Below, piece after piece: positions 1 through 10,262 of a stretch of 44,569 nucleotides of DNA. The notes under the pieces are model-generated. The model ran no database searches. It worked only from the letters and a program-made list of their open reading frames with translations, and had not been told where the DNA came from. The DNA is from Dimargaris cristalligena (lineage: Eukaryota): positions 1 to 44,569 of the forward strand of contig ML002307.1 of NCBI GenBank assembly GCA_003614675.1, written 5' to 3'. Positions within the stretch are counted from its first letter, which is position 1. Each line of letters begins with the position of its first letter. The translations under genes were made by a program, and so were the position numbers.

Positions 1-627
1 TATATTTCGTTTATCACTTGCTGTTTTCATCTATCTCTTTATATATCATTAGTGCAGCGTATTTACCTTTTATCTGAAGTATACAATAGCAGAACCAGCG
101 TAGATAGAATCATCTATTATATTTACTGCCCAATATTTTCGGGGTATAAATACCCCTTCAAATCGCAACCTGAATAAAACATCTTCATTTTGGACTCTTT
201 TCCTTGGTATAGAATTGTATCGGCTTATAGCCTGCAGTTCTTTGACTATTTCAGATTATTGATTATTATTAACTAGTGTTTAGGTAATTTTCGCTATTTC
301 TATAGCCGTCGGGACTTATTATTCATTCCGCTTTATTAAGTTTTTCCCATCGCTGCACAACAGAAAATACGTGTTTTTATACGACTATATTTATTCCAAT
401 ATTTTTAATTACAATTTAACCAATTAGTAGGCGATAATGGCATTATTATAACCATCAGCCAACTGTGTAGATTACGGTATATTACATATTTTAAAGAGGG
501 TTGCGGCTGAATGAAGTTAGAGAAGGATTCCCATGGGTTTACTAAGAAAAGATCAAGACTGGGGATGCTACTATAGGAGGTTGATATATGTATATACGCT
601 CTTACCACCGCGACCACTATTCATTAA

Positions 628-1008
628 CTATTCGGGACGAGTCGGAGATGCTGGCTTGGAACCTAATGATGGCGAGGGATTTGCCCGGCGATGGCCTTCG
701 GGATAGACATAGCGCGGGGGCTCCTTGCCCGGGTCGGAGCGCAGACAGGACCAGTAGACTTTCGCAACGCCCGCTAAATTGGCGCCGTCAAACTGGGTTA
801 TGGCGTGTAAAAAGTCGTCGAGGTAGCGATTGCAGCGTCCGGGAACGGGGCCGGGACCGTAGCTGGCGGGGTGACGTTGGCGGCGGGGACCTCCTCCTTC
901 TCCCTCCTGGGCTTGCAGCCGGCCGGCGGGAAGTTGATCGGGCCGTAGGTCGGCAGTATAAGACCGTTGGGCCTCGGTGGTATTCTTGGGGGTCGGGGAG
1001 TCGGTCAT
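628..1008 (-). CDS. Hypothetical 126-aa protein (disordered ends, central helical segment with two Cys)
   Basis: GC-rich ORF against an AT-rich downstream flank. Good start context (ctccaccATG) and a pyrimidine-rich leader on the minus strand, as in other genes here. No recognisable family. Confidence 0.55.
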   Translation of the reverse strand: MTDSPTPKNTTEAQRSYTADLRPDQLPAGRLQAQEGEGGGPRRQRHPASYGPGPVPGRCNRYLDDFLHAITQFDGANLAGVAKVYWSCLRSDPGKEPPRYVYPEGHRRANPSPSLGSKPASPTRPE

Positions 1009-2152
1009 GGTGGAGTTAAATATTGAAAAGCAGAGTCCGGGGTAGTCGATGGTGGGGGATGGAAGGGTAGTGTAATGGTCGAGGACTGGGTAGGGGTGGG
1101 GAATGTGCCGCCTTTTACTGCGCTGGGTATAGCGGATCTTGCAGGTCAGTGGGGTTTGTCTCGCCTTTGTGAATAATCCATCTCTTCTGCTGGTGCTGTG
1201 GTAGTTAAGGGAGAAGGAAGGATGGGAGAAAAATCTGTGATTATGGAATCAACAATTATCCCGCGAGGTCAGGCTTCCCAGGGATATGAGAAAAGGAGTT
1301 GGTTGATGATTAAAAGGGGTGATTTTGATAATAATAATATACTCCAAAGGGATCTTTGGCCCAGCGAATAGTAAAGGAATATCTATTTCACACTATTAAT
1401 GATGATGCACGCGTCAAAAAACGAAGAAAAGAGATATTGCCTTCTCACCTCTCTAAAATAACCTTCTTGGGCATGCGAATGGGGTTAAATTAGAGAGACA
1501 GAGAGAGGTTTTTGGTTATAATGAAGGAAAAGGAAATTGAAGGAGACATCCAGCCATGGAGGAGACACTACTATAGGTCCAAGCCATGGCTGCCTGTCCT
1601 TCCTTGGGTATTGTGTATAGTATATACTATAGTGTGTGCCCAACCAAAAGGGCTTTTCTTATCCATGGCTACTTGAGTGGTCCTCAAAGCCATTTTGGCC
1701 CTTCCGTTGTTGCCATTCCTTCCTTCACACACACACACATCCCTTTGGCCTTTAATACCGTGTACTACTTGGCTTCTCCTTTCTTCTCTATTCCTTGCCG
1801 CGCCTCCCGTGCAAAATACCCTAACAGGGCAATATTGATATATATATACCTGCCCCACCCCACCCCTTCTTAGCTCAAGAAGTCTTTTATCCTCCATCTC
1901 GTTCCTTACATTCCGCACTCTCTTCGACCTCTGTTATACCATACCATACTCCCTTGCGCCTCTATATCCTGTCCCTCTTCCCCTTGGCCTAACCACTATT
2001 GTTATTCTCGTTCATGATCCGTACCTGACCCATTCCGCTAGTTCTAGAGACTCTCCCACGTGCTTATTTACATTCCGCTCTATTTTCCACCCCCTTTTCT
2101 ATATCTTTTCCTTCTTCCCCTTCTCTGTCTTTTCGAACGCTCATTTCCCCTC

Positions 2153-2291
2153 ATGGCCATTTCTCCCATTGAGACCGACTCAGCACTGCCGGAGCTCAAG
2201 GCCACCAAGTCCCCCAAGGACTCCAAGCTCTCCTCGGAGGCCAGCAGCGGCTTCGACGGGCCCCTCTCCCCTTCCACCCTTAAGGCGGGCC

Positions 2292-2330
<39 letters not shown>

Positions 2331-3463
2331 GCCCGCTGATTTGCCATTGGGATCGCTGCGCGCGAGTCTTCCCTACCACCGCCGAATTAGCCCACCATTT
2401 GGCCACCACCCACATTTCCCTGCTCAAACCGGGCCAGTACCGCTGTGAGTGGGACCGCTGCGAACAACTAGGCGTCCGCCAGCCCTCCAAGTACGCTTTC
2501 CAGGCCCACTTGCGCATCCACACGGGCGATCGGCCCTATACGTGCAAATTCCCCCACTGTCCCAAGGAATACAAACGGTACGATGCCCTGCAGAAACACA
2601 TGCGCAGCCACGAAGACCCTAGCATGTCGGACCCGGTTGAGGAGGGCTCGGGCAGTGAGCCGGAGACCACTGGTGAGGGGCGTGATAAAAGGGTCCGTGC
2701 TGAACCAGAGTCGCCAACCCTGCTGGAAGGTTACGTGGATGAGACGACTGAGGGGAGAGGAGGGGACGCGAGCAGGGCTGTGACTTCTTCGTCTGCGACT
2801 ACCACCCCCACTGCCGCCACCGGAGTTCCAGCACGACGGGGTCGCCCGAAACGCAGTCTCCCGGGCACTTCCATTTCAGCCAACCTCCAGGCACCCAGTG
2901 GTGGTGGACGTCGCTCCTTGCCCGCCTCCTCCACTCCATTGGCGGTCATCCCACCCCCTGATTTCGCCACCCCCGGTCCGAAAGCCAAGCGGCCTCGCAA
3001 AAATTTGACCGCCCGGGCCACAACCAATGCCGCGATGGCTGCCCAGCGCGCCCGAGCCGACCCCAATCAGCCTGCGTCAGCAAGTCGGAGTCAGGGTGAT
3101 GCTTCACCCACAGCCTCCCAGCCGGACTACGAAGGCTTTGACATTGAGTACTTCGCCGATCCCGTTAAGAAGGAGAAAACCGAACTATTCTGTGAAACTG
3201 CGCGTCTCTGCGAACGCATCCGGATAGCCGAGGACCAGCTGGCGGCGAGTCAGGCCACTTACTTACATTTACGCCGGAAAAACCGGATTTTGGAACTCAT
3301 ACGCAAATGCTACCTCGATATGGCCCTGGACCAGCCCAACCCGGATGCGGGCGAGGCCAATAATAATAATGGCCAACTTAACCTTGGTAATATGGCGAGT
3401 GGTAATTCCTTTGCTTTGGGATTGGACTCTTCCCTCTTTCCGGACGATGAAGAACTGGTTTAG
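2153..3463 (+). CDS. iec1: C2H2 zinc-finger protein (GLI/YY1-like, 3 fingers) with AT-hook and C-terminal coiled coil; resembles S. pombe INO80 subunit Iec1
   Basis: First ATG is at 2153 (the ORF track starts at GTG 2060). Fingers read CHWDRC..H..H, CEWDRC..QPSKYAFQAHLRIH, TGDRPY linker, CKFPHC..KRYDALQKHMRSH, close to my recollection of Iec1 (CEWDDC..QTSRFALVAHLRSHTGEKPF..RSDALAKHMR). AT-hook RRGRPKR at 2834-2854. The zinc-finger call is firm; orthology is less so. Confidence 0.8.
2294..2329 (+). repeat. (ACT)12 coding microsatellite encoding poly-Thr
   Basis: Perfect trinucleotide run just before the first zinc finger. Confidence 0.95.
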
Positions 3464-4172
3464 ATTTACTTATTATCAGTATCATTATTATTATTATCAT
3501 CGCCACGACCACCACAGTCATTACCAACGCCACCTTCACAATTTATTATTATTCCAGCTTGAAGTTCCCCTTGCTTACCTTCCGCACGTAATCTCCTAAA
3601 CATACCCCACCTACCTAATTCACCAATTGCGCGTACTTGTACACTAATCATTCCCTGTCCTCCTTCCCGCCTTTTCTTATTTCATAAAAAGCAATATTAC
3701 ACGGCTACTATTTTTTTTTAAAAAAAAAGAAAATTATCCGTTCAACCATAGATTATTTATTGGTCACCCCCTTATTTGTTGTAAACACCATTTCTTTTTA
3801 GTTAATGCAAATAATAAAAAAAATCTGCCCTAAGCTTATGTCAATAGTAATTAATCAATGCGATTGGTTCTAGTCAATGTATTTGGTGTGATCAGGGTAA
3901 AGTTATAGTTGGTGCGCTGTGCCTCTATTAAGCACGTCTAATTATACTTATGAGTCCACCATCCCGGTCATATTGTCTTAAAAGTGGTATGGTCCTAATG
4001 AAAGCACTAAAATAACGAATAAATAAGTTCAATTATGTCGTAAACCAAGAGTTCCGTTTGATGAGAGGTATGGTAGATTGAAATCCATTACTCCGCCTAG
4101 TTTTCCGTGGGCCAGATATAAGCCCTATTGACTCTTGATGGGTAGCAGGGTGGCTTGGTTAAGAATGTGATC

Positions 4173-4204
4173 CCCTCCCTCCCTCCCTCAAACAAACACA
4201 CACG

Positions 4205-4242
<38 letters not shown>
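4173..4242. repeat. Compound microsatellite (CCCT)n-(CA)n-(TA)n
   Basis: Read directly from the sequence; intergenic between convergent genes. Confidence 0.9.
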
Positions 4243-4690
4243 GGCCCTAAAATTAACCCCATTTACCGAAAAATCCACTGATTTCTCAGGATCCCTTTAA
4301 GTGTGACTATTTAACAGCAATCAGGCCCAGCTGTGTGTATATGGGGCTTACACGGGGGTGTTTCCAGTTTCCCACACCCCTAGCTACCTCGATTTATTAC
4401 TATCCGGTCATCAAAGTTTTTAGATTTACCATACATCCGACCCGTCTTTGTACCACAGTATTAATAAGTCCGACTGAGTATTCCGGGTGAATAATCACTA
4501 CTGCGTATTGTAATCTCAGTTGAAATGGATTACAACCTCAATGCAGCCACGTCGAACCTTTTCCATCGGAATATTGGTCATGATGCCAATTCTTTAATAA
4601 TAAAGATAGAGTTACGTATTCTATTAGTGGATGCAGGCAAAAGTAAAATGAAGAAATATTATTGTGAAGAGGGTATATGGAAGGGAACGC

Positions 4691-4714
4691 GAGAGAGAGA
4701 GAGAGAGAGAGAGA
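4691..4714. repeat. (GA)12 microsatellite
   Basis: Read directly from the sequence. Confidence 0.95.
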
Positions 4715-5180
4715 CGTCCCCACTTAAACCGTATAAAGTGGTGGAGCCACATTACAGCAGCGACGACTACAGACCATCCCTAGTCGCTCAATTAATTAGT
4801 GTGGTCAACTTGATAGTCACCTAAAAGTGCAGTTAAGTTCAAATGACTATGCCGATAGCTATTTATAGGGAATAGACAAAAAAATATAGACGTGTCGGAA
4901 CGTATATATATAAATATATATAAATGGGGTGGAATTCTCTGGAATATAATAATAATAATAATAATAATTGGTTGGCGATAGCAAGCCAAAAAAAAAAAGA
5001 TAAAAAAGACAACAGCAACTGAATATATAGTCAAAAAAGGCTAAGGGGATATGTAGATAAGGAAAGGATTATGGAATAGACCCAAGTGTAATTCGGGGGA
5101 AAGGGGGGGGTAAGAATAGGAGCTGAAAGGGGGAAAAGAAGGCTGGGTTTACGGGTGAACTGTCGCGTTGCAGAGACCCT

Positions 5181-8100
5181 TTAAAGAATGCCGTTAGAAT
5201 AGTATTGAAACGTGTCATAGAGTCTAGTATACACACTGCAGCAGCTACTAATGATCATTTTGTCGACAAAGTCATTGACCTGGGCCTCCGTCAAACTCAT
5301 TTGGAACCGGTCCCGGAGGGCCGCCACCGCATGGGGGCCAGAACTGGCGAAACAGGGGAACTTGGACTCCTGCTGCATCATGTCCACCAACAAGATGATG
5401 TTTTCAGCATACTTGCGGAGCACCAAAAAGCCCTTCACCATCAAATCGCGGAATTCGGCAAATTTAACACTGTCCACCCCTCCGAGCACGTCCAAATATT
5501 CCTGCGATAGTTTGAAGGGCGCCATTTCGAAACCCATGGAACCGGGCGAATTCATAAGCATGAACCCGAAATCAATGTGGACGAGATGGCCTTCCTTGTC
5601 AACGAGAATATTTCCGTTGTGGCGGTCCTTGAGCTGGAGGATGTAGCTGATCAGTGAGTAGCCCACCAGGCTGCGCATGAAATTGTCCTGCGCCTTGAGG
5701 AAGCGCTCCGTGTTGGGGGCCCCGTACTCCAGAAGGTAGTAGTCGTAGAGGGTGAATACAGGCAGTTCGGCCGTTGTCCGTCGGGAGTACGCCTCTTTCT
5801 TAAGGGAGTGGATGGAAATCGTATTTTTGATGGTTTCGACTAATCCCGCCGAATCACTCAGGACGAGGATACGATAGTACTGGCACCAGATATCCAGGTC
5901 CTCAGCCTTCCAAATCCGCTGCATTTCTTTAATCAGCTGCAGCGCAAACTGCTCCTGGCGTAAGTCACCACCGGTCTTGACGATAACGGAGAAGAGCTGC
6001 CAGCCGGGGAGACTGCCGTACGGGGAGGAGGCCCGGATACGGGCCTCTTTGGTCTCCCAGTCTTCGCGGAACACGGCGGCACTGGGGTCATCCTTGTGCT
6101 TCACCTTGTCTTGTAGAAGTTTCTGGTCTTCCAAGATATCGCCCTCGACCGTAACTACGGACTCGGAAGTTCGCGGAGCGGCTAACGCGGGAGTGGTTGG
6201 GGTCGATTCGGTATTCAAGGAAGGGATGGTGGCATCCGCATTCACCTTGTCTTTGCGCTCTCCTTTGTCAGGGATAGTTGTTATCGTCAGGGAGGACTTG
6301 CGCTGCGCACTATGGGGCGGGTCCATCAATCGCATACGCTGCTCCTCCAGAGCCATCATCTCCTGGATTATACGGGCCCGAATCTGATCCGTACCCTGGG
6401 CGGTAAAAGCCGGCCGGGGAGCGGCATTATTGGATCCATCATGGCCAGCGGTCCCAGCGGCAAGAGAGTTGTTAGCACCAGCGGCCGACGCCGCCATACC
6501 CTGGACCAGGGTATTATGGGATAAGCCCGTTAGGGAGCTTGAGGGCAACGCCGATGGGGCCGACTGGCGTTGATACCAACTCTTCTTCTTGCCCTCTTGT
6601 TGGGCCAGTTGAGCCAGGAGAACGGCAGCGGTACGCATCCGTTCCTGGAAATCCTCGGCAACAGTAGAATTGCGGCGGAGGTGGACCTGTTGCTGGTGCT
6701 GGGTATTGTTGTCGGCTAGTTGGTCGCTGACTCGACCCTCGACTAGACCCGCGCTCTTGGCCAGGGGAGGCGTGGTGGGAGTGGAGAGGGACAGATCGCC
6801 CAGGTCGACGGAGGGTAAGTCAAGTAGTGCGGCCTCCTGGGTATTTAAGGCGCTAGGGGTTGCCGGGTTGCTACCCAGGTTTCCGGCGGAGGTAGTCCGC
6901 CGGCGAGACGAAGTCCAATCCGTACTGCCGAGCGAAGTATCGGTCAGATCCCAGGCCGTAGATTCCAGCATCGAAGCCCGGTGGGCCGTCATCCGGTGTT
7001 CCGACTGGGTGGTGGCCATATCGGTCGATGCCGGTGAATTCGTGGAGTTGAGCTGAAGAAGGCTCATACTCCGGGCCAGCGCCCCGTCCATATTAAGCAC
7101 GGCATCGGCGGTGATCGATCGATGTATCATAGAAGACTCTTCGGTGGCCGAATCGCTTTTCGGTTCAATTGATGAGGCCGTACCGGAGGCCAAACTATCC
7201 CGCTTGGCGGTAGATCCGGCTAACCTCTCTTTACGCTGTTTGGCCATGTTGGCCTTTCCAATCGCTGACAATTCCTCGACCGATAGGTCCCCATTGACCG
7301 CTTCGACCATAATCAAGTAGGGTGCCCGTTCCGCGGAATTAAGCACCACAGCGTCTGCGGGCGAAATACGAACCACCTTGTGGTGGGTACCATACCGGTC
7401 CCGAGCGGGGCACCAGAGGGGCAGGCACACATTGGCCGGTAGGTTATGGTTCAAGAGCAACAGTTCGGCTTTGAGGGAGGACTGCCGGTCGGGGCGGGAG
7501 ACAAATACCAACCGGTTCGAAATATCCGTCAGGGACATGACGAATTGCAGTTCTGATTGGAAATAGTGCCGGTGGAGCAGGTCCCGCTCAAAGGTTGGAA
7601 CCCGACCGGCCCGTCCTACAGTCGCACTGGCGAATCCGTCCGCTCCTTCGGAAAAGGTGGCGGCATGGGGCGAACGGCCCGCGTTATCTAGGCTGCTGGA
7701 TAGGGCATGCTCGCCTAAGTGGGAGTTTGGGCCGTCGGCGGTGGCCAGGGGGCCTAAATCACTCGTCGCGGGGGGAATGCTCTGGCAGACGTTTCGGCGG
7801 TCCCGGGAGGGCTCCCCGTCCGAAAATGACATGGCCTCCATCGTGGACGAACGGAACCGACTAGACCGGCCCGCGGCAGTAGTGGCGGAGGAGGACTGAT
7901 TTTGCGACCGGGCCAAGGCCTTGTCGTAGAATTTTTTGACCGAAAAGGCCCGGCCTTGGTGGAAATCCTCCAGCGTAGGTGGGTGGGGGGGAGAAGCCGG
8001 ACGGAAGCGCCGTTCCGAAGCCGTGGCACCTGCTGCCGTCTGGGGGGTGGTGGAACTGGTGGATCGGGATAGCGGGAGCGTCGTAGACGGGGGCAACAGG

Positions 8101-8939
8101 CTCGCTTCGGAGTGACTACGATCATGATCCGAGGCGTACGGGTGCGGCGGGACCGGGGTGGTGGCGACAGATCCTATCAAACGTTTCGCGGGCTCTGATC
8201 CCTCCAGGGTAACGGAACGGCCTTTAAGACCGGGTTTGCCACTTTTATCGGATTGGGAATCGTCGGAGACGTAGGTGAGGGGTTCCGTTTCAAAGGCCCG
8301 GGAATCCAAGCGGGAGCGACGGCCCTGAATCACGGCTACTTGGCCGGCATTGGCACTAAGCATAGGCTGCCCAATCCCGGCCATCATACTGCCGATACCC
8401 ACGAAAGCGGCGGGCACATTTTCCCGCACCTTAAACCGCCAAAACCGGAACCGGCGGCGACTGGGTTTCGGCGGCCGCGCGGGCACTGGATTCGCTAAAG
8501 AGGGGACAACCGACAACGACTCGGCACTCAAAATGGAATCCCCATCGGAGCTAGTCATGTCGTCGGCGAAGATGATTTCCTGGCACTGGTTGAGCATGCG
8601 GCGGCACAGGCGGAATGACGGCGATGCTGGCAGGTTTGAGAAGTCGGACAAATAACTCTGCAGATACCACACCATGATGAGGCAGATGTGGGTGGACTTT
8701 TCGCATTGTTCTAACAGAAGAGCCTCGAGGGCCACCGAGTCATTTGGGCGGGTGAGGAGAAAATGGCAGAGCTGGGGGAGGAAGAATTCGATCTCCTCGA
8801 CGGGGAATTTTTTGAGCGCATTGCAAAGGTAGTGCTGGATGCCGACGGAATCGGGGTACTTGTAGAGGTAAGAGACGGCAAGCCAGGAACTAAAAAACTG
8901 CGAGGTGAATAAACGAAGTAGCAGTGAGTTGGACGACAT
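5181..8939 (-). CDS. PIK1: Phosphatidylinositol 4-kinase Pik1 (type III beta), 1252 aa, intronless
   Basis: N-terminus LLLRLFTSQFF and EFFLPQLCH (helical/LKU region); AVVLNSAERAPYL; DDPSA; IRASSPYG; VIVKTGGDLRQEQFA; catalytic KDRHNGNIL and HIDFGF; C-terminal RLYDTFQYYSNGIL. Confidence 0.97.
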   Translation of the reverse strand: MSSNSLLLRLFTSQFFSSWLAVSYLYKYPDSVGIQHYLCNALKKFPVEEIEFFLPQLCHFLLTRPNDSVALEALLLEQCEKSTHICLIMVWYLQSYLSDFSNLPASPSFRLCRRMLNQCQEIIFADDMTSSDGDSILSAESLSVVPSLANPVPARPPKPSRRRFRFWRFKVRENVPAAFVGIGSMMAGIGQPMLSANAGQVAVIQGRRSRLDSRAFETEPLTYVSDDSQSDKSGKPGLKGRSVTLEGSEPAKRLIGSVATTPVPPHPYASDHDRSHSEASLLPPSTTLPLSRSTSSTTPQTAAGATASERRFRPASPPHPPTLEDFHQGRAFSVKKFYDKALARSQNQSSSATTAAGRSSRFRSSTMEAMSFSDGEPSRDRRNVCQSIPPATSDLGPLATADGPNSHLGEHALSSSLDNAGRSPHAATFSEGADGFASATVGRAGRVPTFERDLLHRHYFQSELQFVMSLTDISNRLVFVSRPDRQSSLKAELLLLNHNLPANVCLPLWCPARDRYGTHHKVVRISPADAVVLNSAERAPYLIMVEAVNGDLSVEELSAIGKANMAKQRKERLAGSTAKRDSLASGTASSIEPKSDSATEESSMIHRSITADAVLNMDGALARSMSLLQLNSTNSPASTDMATTQSEHRMTAHRASMLESTAWDLTDTSLGSTDWTSSRRRTTSAGNLGSNPATPSALNTQEAALLDLPSVDLGDLSLSTPTTPPLAKSAGLVEGRVSDQLADNNTQHQQQVHLRRNSTVAEDFQERMRTAAVLLAQLAQQEGKKKSWYQRQSAPSALPSSSLTGLSHNTLVQGMAASAAGANNSLAAGTAGHDGSNNAAPRPAFTAQGTDQIRARIIQEMMALEEQRMRLMDPPHSAQRKSSLTITTIPDKGERKDKVNADATIPSLNTESTPTTPALAAPRTSESVVTVEGDILEDQKLLQDKVKHKDDPSAAVFREDWETKEARIRASSPYGSLPGWQLFSVIVKTGGDLRQEQFALQLIKEMQRIWKAEDLDIWCQYYRILVLSDSAGLVETIKNTISIHSLKKEAYSRRTTAELPVFTLYDYYLLEYGAPNTERFLKAQDNFMRSLVGYSLISYILQLKDRHNGNILVDKEGHLVHIDFGFMLMNSPGSMGFEMAPFKLSQEYLDVLGGVDSVKFAEFRDLMVKGFLVLRKYAENIILLVDMMQQESKFPCFASSGPHAVAALRDRFQMSLTEAQVNDFVDKMIISSCCSVYTRLYDTFQYYSNGIL

Positions 8940-9068
8940 GATGATGGGTGGAAATGAGGAGAGGTCAGGCGCGGAGTGGGGGGTTAACGGCCGCTATAAG
9001 GGTGAGCGAAGGGTGCTAATGAGAGTCGCGAGCCCAGCGCAGCGATGGTGAACAGAGAGATGTGTCTG

Positions 9069-9097
9069 TATATATGTATATATATATATATATATAT
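9069..9097. repeat. (TA)n microsatellite upstream of the PIK1 start
   Basis: Read directly from the sequence. Confidence 0.9.
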
Positions 9098-10262
9098 GTG
9101 TATGTGTGCGGGTTGTGGCTGTGGCTGGGATGGTCTTGAAGGCGCAAGATGCGTCGGGTATCGGACAATGGAGGGCAAAAGTCGTTATTGCCTGGAGCGA
9201 ATCGAAGGACCAGCAAACAACCACCAGTAAGGAAAATAGAGAGGAAAAGGCGGAGACAGAGAGAAATTGACCCTAGTAAACCTAAACGAGGGGTGAAGAG
9301 ACAGCTCCAACTCCACAGCCCATGCTATGACATGGCATTTAACAGGCAGTAAGTAGTATATAGAGCATATAGAGTATATATGCTATGGGTTATAATATAG
9401 AGTGGGGGAGGAGAGGGGCCTGCAAATCTACAGTGACCAGTAGCGGCTGGTTGCATATACCGCCGTCAAAGACCGTCCCCGATTTGGTTGGCCCTTCGGC
9501 AGGGACTACCCACATACCCATTACTTGGGTTCTTCATGTCCCACTCACTATACGCTATTGGACATTTAGCCCACACTCACCTACTCTACTCGAACATTAG
9601 CCCGCATCACTCAATAGACGAGGGTCCTCTTTAGCCGATAATCACGTGGATTTCAAACCCATATTCGAGCCTCTAGATATAATAGTCAAGAAGCGTTAAG
9701 AGCAGCAGTCCAGCACGAGACTATCATCCTTAAATAAGCCCAATGGAATCATTAACATTACAAACTGGTATTTATTTTAACCAAAAAGAGGCGGGGCATA
9801 TCCGCTCAGATCTAAGGTGATATTTCGAGGGGGGGGGAGTACGTTGGAAGGGGGGTGGATGATTGCTTCGTATCTCCGTCGAGAATGGCAATCACGCTGT
9901 ATGGGCAGGTGCAATTAATTTCACCATTACCACTTCCCTCCCTCAGCGCCAAGGGCTAATTAATTGTAAACAGGTCGATAAGCCAAGCGAAATGGCCCTC
10001 CACGATTGGCACCTGGGCCATGCATTCACTATGCCATCGCTAAAGACACCAGGCTTATCGGGAAACAGTGCGTCGTGCAAGGAGTAAGGGTGCATTATAT
10101 ATTACTATGAATGGGGGGGATATGTATACTTGGGGTGGTTCTAACGATGTATGGTAGTGGTGGGACAGGTATATAAATCCCTCCCAGGGTCCTCTGGCCA
10201 GGGCGTGGGTAGGGTGTGAACTAGCTGTCGGCGTGAGATATAATAAATGGGACGACTCGTTG

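Noticed and set aside
588..1019. 143-aa plus-strand ORF
   Set aside because: Arg/Gly-rich antisense shadow of the 628-1008 ORF; the leader composition favours the minus strand.
2060..2152. Hydrophobic, signal-like N-terminal extension of the zinc-finger ORF
   Set aside because: Starts at GTG and is just the translated pyrimidine-rich 5' UTR; the first ATG is 2153.
5205..8655. Many plus-strand ORFs inside PIK1 (likewise inside kelch, subtilisin, PHO84 and SDR)
   Set aside because: Antisense or alternative-frame shadows of GC-rich coding sequence, with no motifs.
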